Below are positions 62,301 through 64,000 of a stretch of DNA of 64,000 nt, in pieces. How positions within the stretch are numbered: position 1 is the first letter of the stretch; every line of letters starts with the position of its first letter. This DNA is from Balanoglossus misakiensis. Lineage: Eukaryota > Animalia > Hemichordata. The translations under genes and the position numbers were made by a program. Below the pieces are notes generated by a model. The model had not been told where the DNA came from and searched no databases. It saw only the letters and a program-made list of their open reading frames with translations. The stretch is taken from contig CM082577.2 in assembly GCA_040954595.2 (NCBI GenBank), positions 18,698,303 to 18,762,302 of the forward strand, written 5' to 3'.

Positions 62301-64000
62301 TTCTGAAAAAAATCAAATCTCAGATCTCAGAAACTACAAGTCAGATCGACTTCAAATTTGGCATGCAGGTAGACTACCTTCTACCCATCATTTTTGTAAT
62401 TGGAAATTTTGCTGTCAATGTTGCAGTTTTTTTGCTACAATTTTTTTTCTGAAATCTGGCTTAAATTTCAAAAATCTTCTACTCCAGAACCGGTGATAAC
62501 CGAGACACGGGGTTTGGGGTATGTGGTCACCTAACTGATGTCTATCAAGTTTGCGAAGATCATTGTGATTGGTCGAAGATTATGGCGGCCATATTTGATT
62601 TTCGAAAAACCATAGTTAAACTCCAAAAATCTTCTTCTCCAGAGCGGGCGATAACTGAGTTGCAAGATTCGGGGAGTATGGTCACTACACGGATGTCTAT
62701 CAAGTTTGCAAAGAGCATTGTGATTGGTCGAAGATTATGGCGGCCATATTGGATTTTGTAAAAAGCAGTGAAAATTTGAAATTCCTTTTTCTAGTCTAAA
62801 AATTGATAGCATACAAATTCTTTTTATGGATATCAATCGTCATGTGACTAAAATAGGTTACAATTTTTTGGCGATTTTTCACATGACCTTTGACCTACTT
62901 ATCACGCGGTATTATTTCTGCATATCTAATTCCAGGCTAACCTATATGGCTAGACGTTTGGTTTTTGATGAATGTGGATTAGTGTGTGATCAAAATATTT
63001 TGCTACTTTTCATGACCCCTTTGACCTCAGCTGACCTCATTAATTATGTACATAGCTAATTACAGGCGAACCAATAGAGCTAGAGGTTTTGTTTTTGTTG
63101 GACATGGACCAGTATGGGATCAACATTTTTTGCCCAAATTATTGGTGACCTCTGGTGACCTTTGACCTACTTTCGCATATCTCAGCATCCAGAGCAGATA
63201 CAGCCATGGCATTTGGTAGGATGGGACCAAAATGTAAAGCCAAATTTTTGGGTCACCTGTGACACCTGTTGACCTCATTAAATATGCACATACCTAATTA
63301 CAGGTGAACCAATAGAGCTAGAGTTTTGGTTTTTGTTGGACATGGACCAGTATGGGTAAAAAAAAATTGCCCAAATGTTGGGTGACCTCAGGTGACCTTT
63401 GACCTACTTCACCCTATTTAAGCAGCAAAAATACACACATCCTTGTTATGTCAAGATATAATACATCCGATAGAAAATTCTGTTTCTTCTCATTCATACT
63501 GTGCATATATAATTCAAGATCAGCGCTTGGGCCCGACAATGCTGCTCGCAGCTTTAATTCTTTCTTTCTTTCTTTATTCTTGGTTCACTTCTTTCGCGCT
63601 CTAGATCTCAGGCACCGCTGCAGGTACAGTTCTCAAACTTGCTACAGTGGTCAAGGTCAATGAGTAGATGTGCAGTGACTTGTGAATACTTAATTAGTCA
63701 CGTGACATGGCGGCCATATTGGATTTTCTGAAAAAATGCAAATCTCAGATCTCAGAAACTACAAGTCAGATCGAGTTCAGATTTGGCGTGCTGGTAGTAT
63801 ACCCTCTGCCCATCATTTTTGTAATTGGATATTTTGCTGTCAATGTTGCAGTTTTTTTGCTACAGTTGTTTTTCTGAAATCTGGTCAAAATTTCAAAAAT
63901 CTTCTTCTCCAGAACCGGCGATAACCGAGTCACGCCGTTTGGGGTATGTGGTCACCTAACTGATGTCTATCAAGTTTGCGAAGATCATTGTGATTGGTCG

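Larger units (their letters stand above)
17531..64000 (+). mobile_element. Co-oriented nested array of ~30 non-autonomous Helentron-associated elements (HINE-like), several subfamilies
   Basis: 3' ends at ~18739, 19948, 20817, 22298, 23776, 24933, 26704, 28138, 29350, 30130, 31560, 32882, 34534, 36235, 37327, 39078, 40506, 41938, 43467, 44896, 46308, 47833, 49178, 51674, 56593, 57705, 59106, 60707, 62125, 63558. Confidence 0.92.

Noticed and set aside
17381-63924. Many recurrent 60-130 aa ORFs (MQISDLRNYK..., MTFDLL..., MALHFGP...)
   Set aside because: They recur only because the repeat recurs; stops and frameshifts vary between copies and there are no recognisable domains.
17531-64000. Simple satellite or rolling-circle concatemer interpretation
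   Set aside because: Neighbouring units belong to different subfamilies, and heads are separated from bodies in nested order; a concatemer would give complete identical head-to-tail units.

Overview
Animal (probably marine invertebrate) genomic DNA that is almost entirely a Helitron2/Helentron-type rolling-circle transposon cluster. One apparently intact autonomous element (~132-17530) encodes a 2481-aa OTU-Zn-Rep(HUH Y2)-PIF1 helicase-AP endonuclease protein on the minus strand. About 30 non-autonomous relatives (1.1-2.5 kb, several subfamilies) follow, all but one in the same orientation. Each complete element has a 5' hairpin whose stem matches a subterminal 3' inverted repeat, then an almost invariant GCTGCTTGCAGC palindrome. 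The array is not a simple tandem repeat: elements have inserted into the T-run ~50 bp inside one another's 5' ends. This gives CRISPR-like stacks of 5' hairpins followed by headless bodies whose 3' ends close the stack in last-in-first-out order. The cluster also holds several unrelated non-autonomous DNA transposons (Kolobok-like, IS3EU-like, Zator/Harbinger-like, Crypton-like, an 8-bp-TSD element) and an internal block duplication. All short ORFs appear to be non-coding artefacts. Coordinates were read by eye and may be off by a few bases.
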